This document shows, in pieces, positions 10,478 through 22,269 of a DNA stretch of 30,721 nt (positions within the stretch are counted from its first letter, which is position 1; each line of letters begins with the position of its first letter). The notes under the pieces are model-generated. The model did no database searches. It was not told where the DNA came from and saw only the letters and a list, made by a program, of their open reading frames with translations. The position numbers and the translations under genes are program-made. The stretch is from Selaginella moellendorffii (lineage: Eukaryota > Plantae > Lycopodiophyta). The stretch lies in the NCBI RefSeq assembly GCF_000143415.4, contig NW_003314273.1, positions 378,100-408,820 of the forward strand, in the 5' to 3' direction.

Positions 10478-12286
10478 ATGGGATCGCTCCAATCGCAGTC
10501 GCCATGGGCCGATCTCGCGAAGCAAGTCACTCGTCACAGGAAACTCAGCGAAGCCGAGCGCGAATCCAAGCGTCGAGACGGCAATTCCACCCATTTCTTC
10601 GCGGACCAGCTCAAGTCGTGCAAGAGCCTCACGAAGGGTCGTCAAATCCACACCCAGATCCTCGAGACAAAACACTACCGCAACATCTTCCTCGCCAATC
10701 TGGTGATCGAGATGTACGGCAAGTGTGGCAGCGCCGAGGAGGCGCTACGAGTGTTCGAGGATCTGAGCGAACCCAACATATTTTCCTGGAATATCCTTCT
10801 CGCGGCGTTGTCACGCAATGGCGAGATCGATCGCGCCAGGATGGCGTTCGAGAAGATGCCGGTGAGAGACGCGGTGTCGTGGAATGCGATGATCGCAACA
10901 TATGCCCAGAACGGGCATCTAGAGAAAGCCAAGAACTTCTTCGATCGAATGCCCAAGAAGAACTCCATCTCCTGGAACTCGCTGATCATGGCGTACGCGC
11001 ACAGTGGATTCGTAGGCGAGGCGCGAAATCTTCTCTTCGCGATGCCGCAATGGGATCCAGTGTCGTGGACAACGGTGATCGCAGCGTATGCCGCCGTGGG
11101 AGATAGCAAGGAGGCCGTGATCCTCTTCCGGATGATGGATCTCGAGGGGATTCCCGCGGATGGAGTGGCTTTCGCGGCGGTGCTGGATGCGTGCGCGAGC
11201 CACTCGACGCTGTCCGACGGCGCGGCGATCCACGCGAGCATCCTCGAGAGTGGATTCGCAATCAGCACGGTGGTTTCCACCGGATTGGTGAACATGTATG
11301 GGAAATGCGGCAGGCTGCGCGAGGCGAGGGCGATCTTCGATGCGATCGCGTTCCGGGAGAGGGATCTGGTGCTGTGGACGTCGATGATCGCGGCGTACGC
11401 GCAGTGGGGGCGCGGCGAGGCCGCGATCGAGGCGTTCCAGAGCATGCTCTTGGACGGGATCGCGGCAGACGAGGTCGTGTTCATCAGCGTTCTCTGCGCT
11501 TGCAGCCACGCCGGGCTGCTGGAGCTGGGCTGCCAGTACTTTGCGTCGATCGAGCCGGACTATCGGGTAGCGATCGGCGTCCACCACTACGCCTGCGCGA
11601 TCGATCTCTTGGGAAAGGCTGGCTGGCTGGACGAGGCCGAGAGCTTGATCGAGAGGATGCCGTTTGATCCGGACGGCGCTTGCTGGACGGCGCTTCTGGC
11701 AGCGTGCAAGCTTCACAAGGATGGAGATCGTGCGGAGAGGGCGAGCGAGCGGGCGATGGCACTGGATCCCGACAGCGCCGCTCCCTACGCGCTGCTGGTG
11801 AAGATCCAGGGTGGCGGCGAGGCCTCCGAGCAGACGACGCGGCGGCGATTGGAGCGAGGGGTGCGCAAGCTCGTCCCGGGGTGTAGCTCCATCGTGGTGA
11901 GGGATCGGGTGCACGAGTTCACGGCCGGGGCGATGGATCATCCCCGCGCGGCGGAGATCTACGAGGAGCTGGAGCGTTTGAGGGCCCCCCTGGCGGAGGC
12001 GGGCTACGTCCCGGACACCGGAGTGGTGATCCAGGCGGTGGACGAGCGCGAGAAGGAGCGGATCGTGCTCGCGCACAGCGAGAAACTGGCAGTGGCGTTT
12101 GGGCTGCTCGCGACGCCCGCGAATTCGCCGCTGCGCGTCGTCAACAATCTCCGGATGTGCTCCGATTGCCACTCCGCCATGAAATTCATCGCGTCCATCA
12201 CCCGGCGCGAGATTGTGGTGCGCGATCTCATTCGTTTCCACCGCTTTGACGAGCAAGGGCGTTGTTCTTGCGGGGATTACTGGTGA
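10478..12286 (+). CDS. PLS-class pentatricopeptide repeat protein with E and DYW deaminase domains (organellar C-to-U RNA editing factor), intronless
   Basis: Repeated P/L/S motifs (LVIEMYGKCG, VSWNAMIATYAQNG, FISVLCACSHAG); PG box KLVPGCSSIVV; HSEKLA and CSDCH zinc ligands; terminal CSCGDYW. First ATG at 10478. Confidence 0.95.
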   Translation: MGSLQSQSPWADLAKQVTRHRKLSEAERESKRRDGNSTHFFADQLKSCKSLTKGRQIHTQILETKHYRNIFLANLVIEMYGKCGSAEEALRVFEDLSEPNIFSWNILLAALSRNGEIDRARMAFEKMPVRDAVSWNAMIATYAQNGHLEKAKNFFDRMPKKNSISWNSLIMAYAHSGFVGEARNLLFAMPQWDPVSWTTVIAAYAAVGDSKEAVILFRMMDLEGIPADGVAFAAVLDACASHSTLSDGAAIHASILESGFAISTVVSTGLVNMYGKCGRLREARAIFDAIAFRERDLVLWTSMIAAYAQWGRGEAAIEAFQSMLLDGIAADEVVFISVLCACSHAGLLELGCQYFASIEPDYRVAIGVHHYACAIDLLGKAGWLDEAESLIERMPFDPDGACWTALLAACKLHKDGDRAERASERAMALDPDSAAPYALLVKIQGGGEASEQTTRRRLERGVRKLVPGCSSIVVRDRVHEFTAGAMDHPRAAEIYEELERLRAPLAEAGYVPDTGVVIQAVDEREKERIVLAHSEKLAVAFGLLATPANSPLRVVNNLRMCSDCHSAMKFIASITRREIVVRDLIRFHRFDEQGRCSCGDYW

Positions 12287-12423
12287 GTCAACGAGTCAAC
12301 GAGTAAATTCTAGGGCAGCCGAATTTCTAGCGTTAGATATTTTTGGGGGCGATTCTTTTCTTCCCTCACATGTTTGTGTCTCATATTTGCTTTCCCTTTC
12401 TACCCTAGCTCGAGCTCCCAGCT

Positions 12424-13895
<1,472 letters not shown>

Positions 13896-14220
13896 GAGAG
13901 CTCCATAGCTCATATCAATGTAAATACATTAACTATTATCTATCTAAACCACCAGGATACCGTACTTTACGTACGAAAATAAACACGGAATGGATATTCT
14001 TCTTATGTCCGTACTGCCCTTTTTTATGCCTTTCCAAAGCCTAAAAATTTTTTTTTGTTGGTTTTTTGGTTATGGTGTTGCGGCGAGTGGAAATTTCGAG
14101 ACGATAGATCTGTGAAGGTACGTGATCCCTAGCGGCGCCATGGCGGAGCTCCGCGAAACCCCTTCCTTGATCTTCGCCATGGCTGATCGATTCTTTCCCA
14201 GGCATTGTCGATGGTAGTGG

Positions 14221-17182
14221 ATGACGACCGTCTTAGGTGATGCCGACGGCGCCGGAGGAGAACGCATCCATAGCCAGGTAAGATTGCGCTCTTCCTCGCG
14301 CTGGCTGGCTCGCTCGCGTTCCTCGGGGCTAGGGCAGAAGGATTGATCCCCCTTTTCTTGTAGGTTATCGAGCTAGAGAAGCAGCTGAGAGCCAAGAGCA
14401 AGGAAAAGAAGGATGTGCGCAGCTTGAGGACCAAATTCCGCGAGAAGAGCGTGGCGATCATATTGGGAGACCCCGAGTTTGCCGAGAAGCGTGACATCGG
14501 GGCGTCGCTATGGCACCTCGTCTTCTACAACGTGATAGAGGAGTTTCGGGGCAGGATTCGCGCTGCCGCCTCCGCCGCCGCCGGGGGAAAGGCAGTGAAC
14601 CTCCGCAAACTCTTGGGTGACTTTCGCGAGTTCATCGCCGACGCCACGAAGTTCTACTGTGGCCTCGTCTTGAAGATCAAGAAAAAGTATGGCTTGGCAC
14701 AGGAAGGCCTTGAAGGTGGCGACTCCGACGCTCTGGGGGTAGATAGTAAGAGGCTGACTTACTTCCGGAGGTCTTGCTATAGGATCTTTATACATCTGGG
14801 TGATCTCGCTCGCTACAAGGAGCAGAATCCCGACAGTGAGAACTACTCGCCGGATTGGAAGCTACCAGCTAGTTATTATTTCAAGGCTGTGAAGCTATGG
14901 CCGGCTACTGGGCATCCTCATAACCAGGTACGTTATGGACTTCCAGATATTAAAGCTGGCTCCTTTCTCATTCCCCTTGGTTTTTTTTTCTTTTTGCAGC
15001 TCGCTGTTTTAGCAACTTACTCGCACAATGACTTCCTTGCCGTGTATCACTACTTTAGGAGCCTTGCAGTCGATGACCCCTTCGTTACGGCGAGAGATAA
15101 CCTGGTTCTTCTTTTTGAAAGGGTTTGTTTTCTTGTCTGCCGTTGCATTTTGTTGACGTGTTGCTTGTCACAGAATCGTCAGCAGTATAGTGAGCTATTA
15201 GAGAAGAAACGCTCTTTGGATGTCCATAAAAAAAAGCCCGCGAAGGAGCACGCGAAAGACGCTGAGAAAAAGCATTCCGGTGACGACGAAACCGAACTAT
15301 TGCGAACCTTCTTTATCCGTTTCGTGCGGCTGAATGGAATACTTTTCACCAGAACAAGGTACCACTTTTATTTGTTCCTCCAACGCTGTACTAATGCTAG
15401 TTTTCCTTTACCAGCCTTGAAACGTTCTCTGAAGTCTATCAAGAAAGCGTTCGCGACTTGGAGAAATTACTGGCTCTGGACGTTTCAACTCTGGAAGGAC
15501 TATTTTCACCCGAGCTACGGAAAAACTCAGACGTTCCTGGGTTGGCGCTCGTGGTACTTCAACTTGTCACAGTCCTCATATATTCCGTCCCGAGTGGGAG
15601 TTCTCGCAGCAGCTACGCAGACGTTCTTCAGCACTCGACTATGTCCAGGCACGCACTCGCGGCAGCTTTCAAGATTGTCGGGTGCTTCATGTCATCTTGC
15701 ACGAAGTTCAAGGATATAGGCGAAAGTCCTTTTATGCCAGCATGCCTGGTTTTCTTAGAATGGCTGGCCTACAAGCAGGAGTGGGCGATTGGTAGAACGG
15801 TAGAAGATGACAAACAGTACGGTGCACAGGGTTTTTTCTGGAAGGAAGCCTTGGCTCTGCTCAACACGGTCTGTGAGGCTGAAAGTTGGGATGGGGTTGC
15901 AGATGAAGCTAGTCCGACTGCCTTATGGGAAGACCATGAGCTGAGGGGCTTCACTCCATTACTTTCGGCACAGCTCAGACTAGAGTATGACAATAAGCAG
16001 CCTGAAGAAGCGGCGGCTTTGCGACTGCGAAGGCTTTTGTCTGCGGGGAAGTCTATTGCAGAGCTAGTGGATGCTAGTGATACTGGTGCAGGCCTCGCCT
16101 TCGACAAAGACATGGTTAGATTTTTCTTAGCAGGGAACCACATGGACAGGAGGTCTAGAGAAAAGGTGGTGCTCTCGAAAGTGCCTGAGCAGGCAGCTAA
16201 ACAGGAGCCTAAACAGGAGCCTTCCGGACAAATGCTAGTTACTGAACCACCCGCATCAGCTTCCAGCGTTCCTGTCAATGAAGACGAAGACGACGAAGTT
16301 ATAGTTTTCAAGCCTGCGGTCAAGGTTTCCCCTCCAGTTCTCACCGAGAGGAATGATGGTATGGTCCAGGCAGGGACGGTTACGCCGCAGGTCCGGGACG
16401 ATTTGGTGCCGCCGTTGGTTCGAGGCGATCAACTGGTGCCTCAAATCCCGGAAGACTTTCCCGCGCCTCCAATCCCTGACGACTTCGCTGCGCCACCACA
16501 AGCTCGGGATGATTTCGCCGCCACCGCCCAGCTACGGGACGACTTTGCGGCGCTCGGTCGAGAGGAACAAGCTCGTGACGACTTCGCTGCGCAGCCCCCG
16601 CAAGCTCGAGACGACTTTATGGCACGGCAGGAGTTCGTGTCACAACAAGCTCGGGAGGAGCTTGCGGCGCTCGTCCGAGACGACTTCGCGGCGCGAGCAA
16701 AGCTGAACAGCGTGCGGCCTCCGCCGGGCTTCGGGCCAATACCGCAGAGGGCCGTCTCAAAGTGGAACGAAGGCTATCGGAGTCCTGCTCCTCAGTCGTT
16801 ATTCGGGACAAACTTCGGCATATGGTCGAACAACATTCCAGTGCCGAAGAGCACAGCGTATCCTTTTCCCGGCATGGGAATGCGAACGCTCCAGCAGATC
16901 GAGCAGCAGCAGCAGCAGCAACAGGCGATTCCAATGCCGCCTTTCCAGCCACCGCAACCTTTGTATAACTCTTGGAAGATTAGCGATACGAATGCCCTCG
17001 AGCTCCAGCTCCAGCAGCTCCACCAGCAGCAGCAGGAGCAACACCAGTTGCATTTGCAACTGCAGCAGCAACTCCAGCAGCAGCCCCCGCAGCCTCCGCA
17101 ACCTCAGCATCCGCCGCCGCCGCCGCAGCACCAGCAAGCAGCCTTTCGACCATACTGTCCGCATGATCCGTTCGTCTCATAA
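14221..17182 (+). CDS. SMG7: SMG7/EST1-family nonsense-mediated decay factor, multi-exon, with Q/P-rich C-terminus
   Basis: First exon 14221-14277 splices in frame to 14364. EST1/14-3-3-like motifs LWHLVFYNVIEEFR, CYRIFIHLGDLARYKE, YYFKAVKLWPATGHPHNQLAVLATY, YHYFRSLAVDDPFVTARDNL, FFIRFVRLNGILFTRT, LVFLEWLA, ALWEDHELRGFTPL, DEVIVFKP, RPPPGFGP; no PIN domain. Confidence 0.9.
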
Positions 17183-17392
17183 ACGTAAGCTCTTATCACC
17201 TTTTCTGGCGCGTTTGTTCTGACTGTGTGATCTCACAGGTCGAAGATGATTGTGCGCACGAGCTTCCAGATGCGTGGCATCTAAAAAGCTGTATGAGATC
17301 CAACTCGCCATCTACGCAGGAGAACAAGGTAAGAAATGAAGAAAAACTCGATCAGTTTTTGTTCCTCATTAGTTTGCTTTTCTTCCATGCAG
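17183..17392 (+). promoter_or_regulatory. Two predicted introns in the SMG7 3' UTR (17185-17238 and 17329-17392)
   Basis: TAA-ac|gtaagc...tctcacag| then a 90-nt exon, then aag|gtaaga...ttccatgcag|; strong donor consensus, pyrimidine tracts, sizes 54 and 64 nt. Confidence 0.75.
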
Positions 17393-17542
17393 ACGTTCCA
17401 AAGTTCTCACAATCGATTTGCAACACTAGACCCATGGTGGAAACTCTTAATTTGTTTCCAACCAAAGACATTCAATTTCTTCTCTAAATTTACAACACTA
17501 CCTTAGAATAAACTCGATGATATTTGCTTACTTTGCATGCGT

Positions 17543-19096
17543 TTAGAAGAAGTCTCGATCTGGAAGAACGAGTGGAGCTATGAGTGACCAAATGTATAGC
17601 GCCGATGTGAACCACATTGTGCCAATCCGGACCCATACCGAAGGCCAGCCAACGTCGATAGCATCCTTGTCTCCGGGATTTCCCCATCCGGTGAGCAACA
17701 TAGCCGAGTACATGCTCGCGAGAGCAAAGACGAGATAAAAGAACGAGTAGACCGTGACAGGACAGTGCTGGGACGATTTCTTTGCTTCGTGAAAGTTGTG
17801 CTCAGATCCAGCGCCACTTAGTTTATGGCTGTTTTCAAGATCTCTCCTTGAGAGCAAAGGTTGCAAAGGAGCATCTGGAAGAAGAATTGAGTAGAACAAC
17901 CCACAAAGCTGCTGTATCGTTACCTTCCTCGCGAGGAGCTGGCGGTGACAGGAAAGTGGTCGAAGAGCCTGCTCGAGCCGCGGAGTATATCACGGAGATA
18001 AGCGTGGTGGCCATTCCCATGACAAGCGTGTTTGTAGAAACCACCTCGGCGTGCTTGGGCACTCCGATGCACTCGTAGTCTCGTGGCTCGCTTGACAATG
18101 CACTGTAGCATAAGTACATGCAGTAGAGCGCTATCACCGAAGCAGGCAGCAGGCTCCCATTCACCTAGAACAAAAAAAAACCATCCTTCACACTCAGCAA
18201 AAAAAACGCCATTACCTGAGGATGCACAGAGATAGCAGCGAAAGCGATGCCGAGAGATAGTGAGGTCGTGATAAAGAAGAGATTGAGCTCGCAATCTTGA
18301 TAAGCAGGATTGAACCACTTATACAGGTACCCCGAGAAAACAAAGGTCGTGATGTAGCACACAAAGGACACAGCAAGCAAGGCGTTATACCTGTGAAGTG
18401 TGAATCTTGTTATACGTATGAGGAAAAGAAACTAGGAAGAACATTACCAGAACTGACTCTCTTTGGCAATCCACGCAGCATTCCAGTTGTATGTGAAATC
18501 CAAAAGCACGACCATCTGGACCAGGAGAAACAAGCCAGACCCAAACCTCGAGAGTCTTCCTGACAGAAGAACAAAAACTATGGTTGTAAATCCAAGAGAA
18601 AGAAACACTAGATTTACCATAAGCATCCACGATGTCGTTGGGAAGAAGGATGAGGCAAAGCACAGTGAGACCAGACCAGATGATAAGCTTGATCATCCAG
18701 TTGCCACGATGCCAAAAGTCCCTGTGATTGCTTTGGTACTTAACTCCAAACATAAGCAGCGCCATTCCTATGAAGAACGAGAAACTCCCAAAGCACACGC
18801 GTAGAACAGCTTGTGTGGCAAACCAATCCTTGCCAGGCGAGTAAGGGAAGTGATTGATCCCTGCCACAAGCGAAAAAAGAATAAAATGTTGGTGCAAATC
18901 GCAAGAACTTACACGGGATTTTCTCCAAGATTGGCCATGCGTGGTCGCGCAGCATCCATGCGAGCAGCAAAGAGAGCGCGAAGAGGTTGCAATATGCGAT
19001 TCTTGCTGATTGGCGAGAGATGCTGCTCGCTAATCCCTTACAAGCCTGGCAAGCGCAAGCCGCGCAGCAGGAGGCTAGACAAGATGTCCCCCACAT
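17543..19096 (-). CDS. Serine incorporator (Serinc/TDE/TMS) membrane protein, multi-exon
   Basis: MWGTSCLASCCAACACQAC..ISRQSARIAY, WFATQAVLRV, SRFGSGLFLLVQMVVLLDF, GSLLPASVIALYCMYLCYSALSSEPRDYEC, YSFFYLVFALASMYSAMLLTGW, VGWPSVWVRI, WSLIAPLVLPDRDFF*. Confidence 0.92.
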
Positions 19097-19149
19097 CGCT
19101 CGCTGGATCGAGAGAAGCAAAACCCTAGAATTTGATTACATTGTCCCTC

Positions 19150-19740
19150 GCTTTAGGGCTTATGCAAATGCCAAGTGTCTCCTCGCTTCTGGCGCTCAAG
19201 GAATGCGGCAGCGCGCGTCTGCGATCCAATCCAGTGCGCTGGAATCTGGCTGCCAAGGGACAGGATTGCGAGAGCTTGAGGAGGAGCTGCGTAGAGAAGG
19301 GGGCAGAAATCCATTGCCTGGCTGCGAAAAATGGATTGGAAGAAGATATCTTCGTGGCGAGTAGCTTGGATGCTCTTTGGGTCTTTTGCAGCATGGTTTT
19401 CGGCTACGTGTAAAGCGGGGAGTTAGCGATTGGATTGGAGCTGTTTGCTCGGATGCAGTGATCCGGGAGATCAAACATTTGTCGCGGCAATCAAGGCGTG
19501 CAGTAGCTTAGCAGTGAAAGAAGAAGCACAAAAGAGAAAAGGTTGCAAGGTGGTCGTGAAGGAAAGATCGTTGGAGAAAGGAAGAGTGATCCACGCTTAG
19601 GCAGCCAGCCGTGGATGCGACCGAGTTATATTTGTGTCGAGCACCTTGGTGAAGATGTATCTCAAAGTGCGGGCGTCGAGTCTTTGACGGGATTCCACGC
19701 AAGAATGTGGTATCTTGGATGGCAATCAGGAAACTAATGG
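19150..19740 (+). pseudogene. Degenerate PLS-type PPR gene fragments
   Basis: Frameshifted or stop-broken motifs KGAEIHCLAAKNGLEEDIFVASSL, SLEKGRVIHA*AASRGCDRVIFVSSTLVKMY and RVFDGIPRKNVVSWMAI. Confidence 0.7.
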
Positions 19741-19923
19741 TAACTTTGGAACTCTTTGTGCTGATGCAGCATTCACCACACATTTTTCTGGTATGCTTTG
19801 CTTAGCTTTACCTTTTATAGCTAAGGGAAGAAAGGTTTTTTATTTTTAGTACTGAATCCAAGCCATAAAACTAAAATGCAAATTAAACCTAATTAAACCC
19901 AAAATGGTGGCAAGGTGCAAACA

Positions 19924-20590
19924 TCATGAGCCGACGGAGGCTGAGCATGGTGTTGGTAACGCTCCTGGGAACTGGCACCACGTCTTCTCCACGCTCATCA
20001 CCAGCCTCCCCATGGCACCGAAGTATTGCATCTCTGGCGGCTTGCCCTGCAACACCCACACCACACCACCCATGCCCAATCCGGATCTAGATCCGCGTAG
20101 GAGCAAGCCACACTAGAACCCTGATCACCACCACCACCACCACCACCACCATCCACGAGATACAAAGTCCCGATGAAGCTCCGGGACTCCACCAGCGACA
20201 TCTTTGACTGGAAGAACTTGCGAGATGATCCGCAGCATGGTGCAGTACCCGTAGATGATCTCGGACATATGCTCCCACGTCTTGCCCTGGACGAGCATGG
20301 CATAGCCTATGCGCAGCGCCGGCGATGGCGTCCACCATGCGGTGGAACCACCTGATGTGCGTCACGCAGCATAGCCTCGTAGCTCAGCCTGCCATACCAC
20401 ATCACCTCTCTTGGGCCGCCCTTCTGGAGCAGCTCTCTGTCCAGCAGCACCTTGCAGACGCGCTCTGGGAGATGGAGCTCGTCGCAAAGATACCCAAAGG
20501 TCCTCTGGTGGAGATCCCTGCCCTGGTGCATCCCGTGTCGGGAAGCACAAGGTCCACGTCACTAGCCACATCATATATCCTCACCAACCG
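19924..20590 (-). pseudogene. Unidentified GC-rich, frameshifted coding remnant
   Basis: GC3-biased minus-strand codons jump between frames (RDLHQRTFGYLCDELHLPERVCKVLLDRELLQKGGPREVMWYGRLSYEAMLR / HIRWFHRMVDAIAG / GYAMLVQGKTWEHMSEIIYGYCTMLR / RKFFQSKMSLVESRSFIGTLY); contains a (CAC)n tract at ~20126-20150. Confidence 0.35.
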
Positions 20591-20596
20591 TCAAGA

Positions 20597-21620
20597 ATCA
20601 GAGAGGTAAGATCCTCATGGCTCACCACTGGCGCCCAAAACAGAACCGTAATGACGAGGATGAGCGAGAACGTGCAAGGGCTCTAGCCGTCCTTGCTAGA
20701 GTGGAGAAAAAGATCCGCGACCGGAAACGCCACGAGCAGCTTTGCCCACAGTGTAGGCGCGTGTGCAGTGCTTGTGGACGCCCTTTCCCCGCGTCTCACT
20801 CCCGTCAATAAAATAGATGGCATTGTACATTGGCAAGCTTAAGGGGATGATGCAAGAGCTTAAGGAGGCTGGCACCCTGTCTCGGACGATTATGCCAAAG
20901 CTTTCCTTCTCTATTCGGTTTCTTCTGAACTCCAACCGTCTTCCTCCATGCTCTCCTTTGTATCCGTTTGGTGTTTGCTTTCTTAGCTCGACATTCTCGC
21001 TCTATATGCCCCATCTTCCCGCAGTAGGTACACGGCCCCTTCTTTTTCTTGTTTCCATTTGTGGTCTAGCCAGGTGTTGGTGTCGCAGGAGAACTGGCAA
21101 ATCCGCGAGAATTCCCACGCTTCTTGGCATTTCCATTTCCTGACTTCTTGCCGATGAACAAAGCCTGATCACGAGCAGAATCTGAGGACGTCGTGCCTGC
21201 TTTTCGCTCCAGAAGCTTGCGCTCTTCTTCCAAGAGATTGGATTAGAGCTCGTCTAGGGTCTTTCCTGTAACGAAGGAGAGCATGGAGGAAGACGGTTGG
21301 AGTTCAGAAGAAACCGAATAGAGAAGGAAAGCTTTGGCATAATCGTCCGAGACAGGGTGCCAGCCTCCTTAAGCTCTTGCATCATCCCCTTAAGCTTGCC
21401 AATGTACAATGCCATCTATTTTATTGACGGGAGTGAGATGCGGGGAAAGGGCGTCCACAAGCACTGCACACGCGCCTACACTATGGACAAAGCTGCTCGT
21501 GGCGTTTCTGGTCGCGGATTTTTTTCTCCATCTAGCAAGGACGGCTAGAACCCTTGCATGGTCTCGCTCATCCTCGTCATTACGGTTCTGTTTTGGGCGC
21601 CAGGATCTTACCTCTCTGAT
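20597..21620. repeat. Long inverted repeat: arms 20597-20958 and 21274-21620, 315-bp spacer
   Basis: Arms are reverse complements with few mismatches and a 13-bp indel. Near-identical ORFs MEFRRNRIEKESFG... appear at 20696-20935(-) and 21297-21548(+). Confidence 0.95.
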
Positions 21621-21624
21621 ACCA
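20959..21624 (-). mobile_element. Ty1/Copia LTR-retrotransposon 5' fragment: tRNA-iMet PBS plus degenerate gag with zinc knuckle
   Basis: CA-TGGTATCAGAG PBS at 21624-21614; gag-like ALYIGKLKGMMQELKEAG, KTLDEL*SNLLEEERKL, DQALF; CCHC knuckle CTYCGKMGHIEREC at ~21032-20991. Confidence 0.8.
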
Positions 21625-21626
21625 TG

Positions 21627-21960
21627 AAGTGGCTCTTTAAAAAGAAGTATAAGGCGGATGGGAGTGTGGAGCGATTCAAAGCCAGATTTGTCGCTCGTGG
21701 CTTCTCGCAAATTCAGGGAGTTGACTATTCTGAGACTTACAGTCCGGTAGTTAAGCTAACCAGCATCCGCTTGCTTCTGGTTTTAGCAGCCGAGCTTGAT
21801 CTTGAACTCCATCAACTCAATGTGCGCACAGCATTCCTCAAGGAGGGTGGCACAGCCTCAAGGTTTTGTCCTTCCAGGCCAAGAACACATCGTGTGCTGG
21901 CTGCATAAAGCTCTCTATAGGCTGAAACAAAGCATAAGGTCTTGGTGGTTTTCTAATTTC
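21627..21960 (+). mobile_element. Ty1/Copia reverse transcriptase (RVT_2) fragment, internally deleted
   Basis: KWLFKKKYKADGSVERFKARFVARGFSQIQGVDYSETYSPVVKLTSIRLLL..HQLNVRTAFL, then QPQGFV..VCWLHKALYRLKQ. Confidence 0.9.
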
Positions 21961-22269
21961 TCTTGGCTTCATATGCAGCTCAGCTGATGGTAATCTCTAC
22001 ATCTACTTTGTGGAAGTAACCTCAAAGATGCATCTATACTTGTTAAGCTCGACTGGACAAAGGACAAGTGCGTTACAAAAATTTAGACATTATCTTTTAT
22101 CAATAAAAGTAATTGTTTTTTATGACCATAATGCTATTTTATATTTTATTAACAAACCGTGTATATCTGCTTGACTAACTAAATGGTTTTTACTATTACA
22201 AGAATATAATCTTAAAATAGTACATAGGCTTGGAAAATTTTATGAGCAAGCCAATTTCCTAACTATATC

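Noticed and set aside
10504-12256. Long overlapping and antisense ORFs (200, 269, 445 aa) over the PPR gene
   Set aside because: Expected by-product of high GC3; no independent coding signal.
20629-20643. TGGCGCCCAAAACAG as a tRNA-Lys primer-binding site
   Set aside because: Only a partial match; the tRNA-iMet PBS at 21614-21624 explains the element better.
20617-20811. 64-aa ORF with CxxC..CxxC as a novel zinc-ribbon protein
   Set aside because: Lies in the duplicated Copia arm; the other arm lacks its start codon and is frameshifted, so it is probably incidental.
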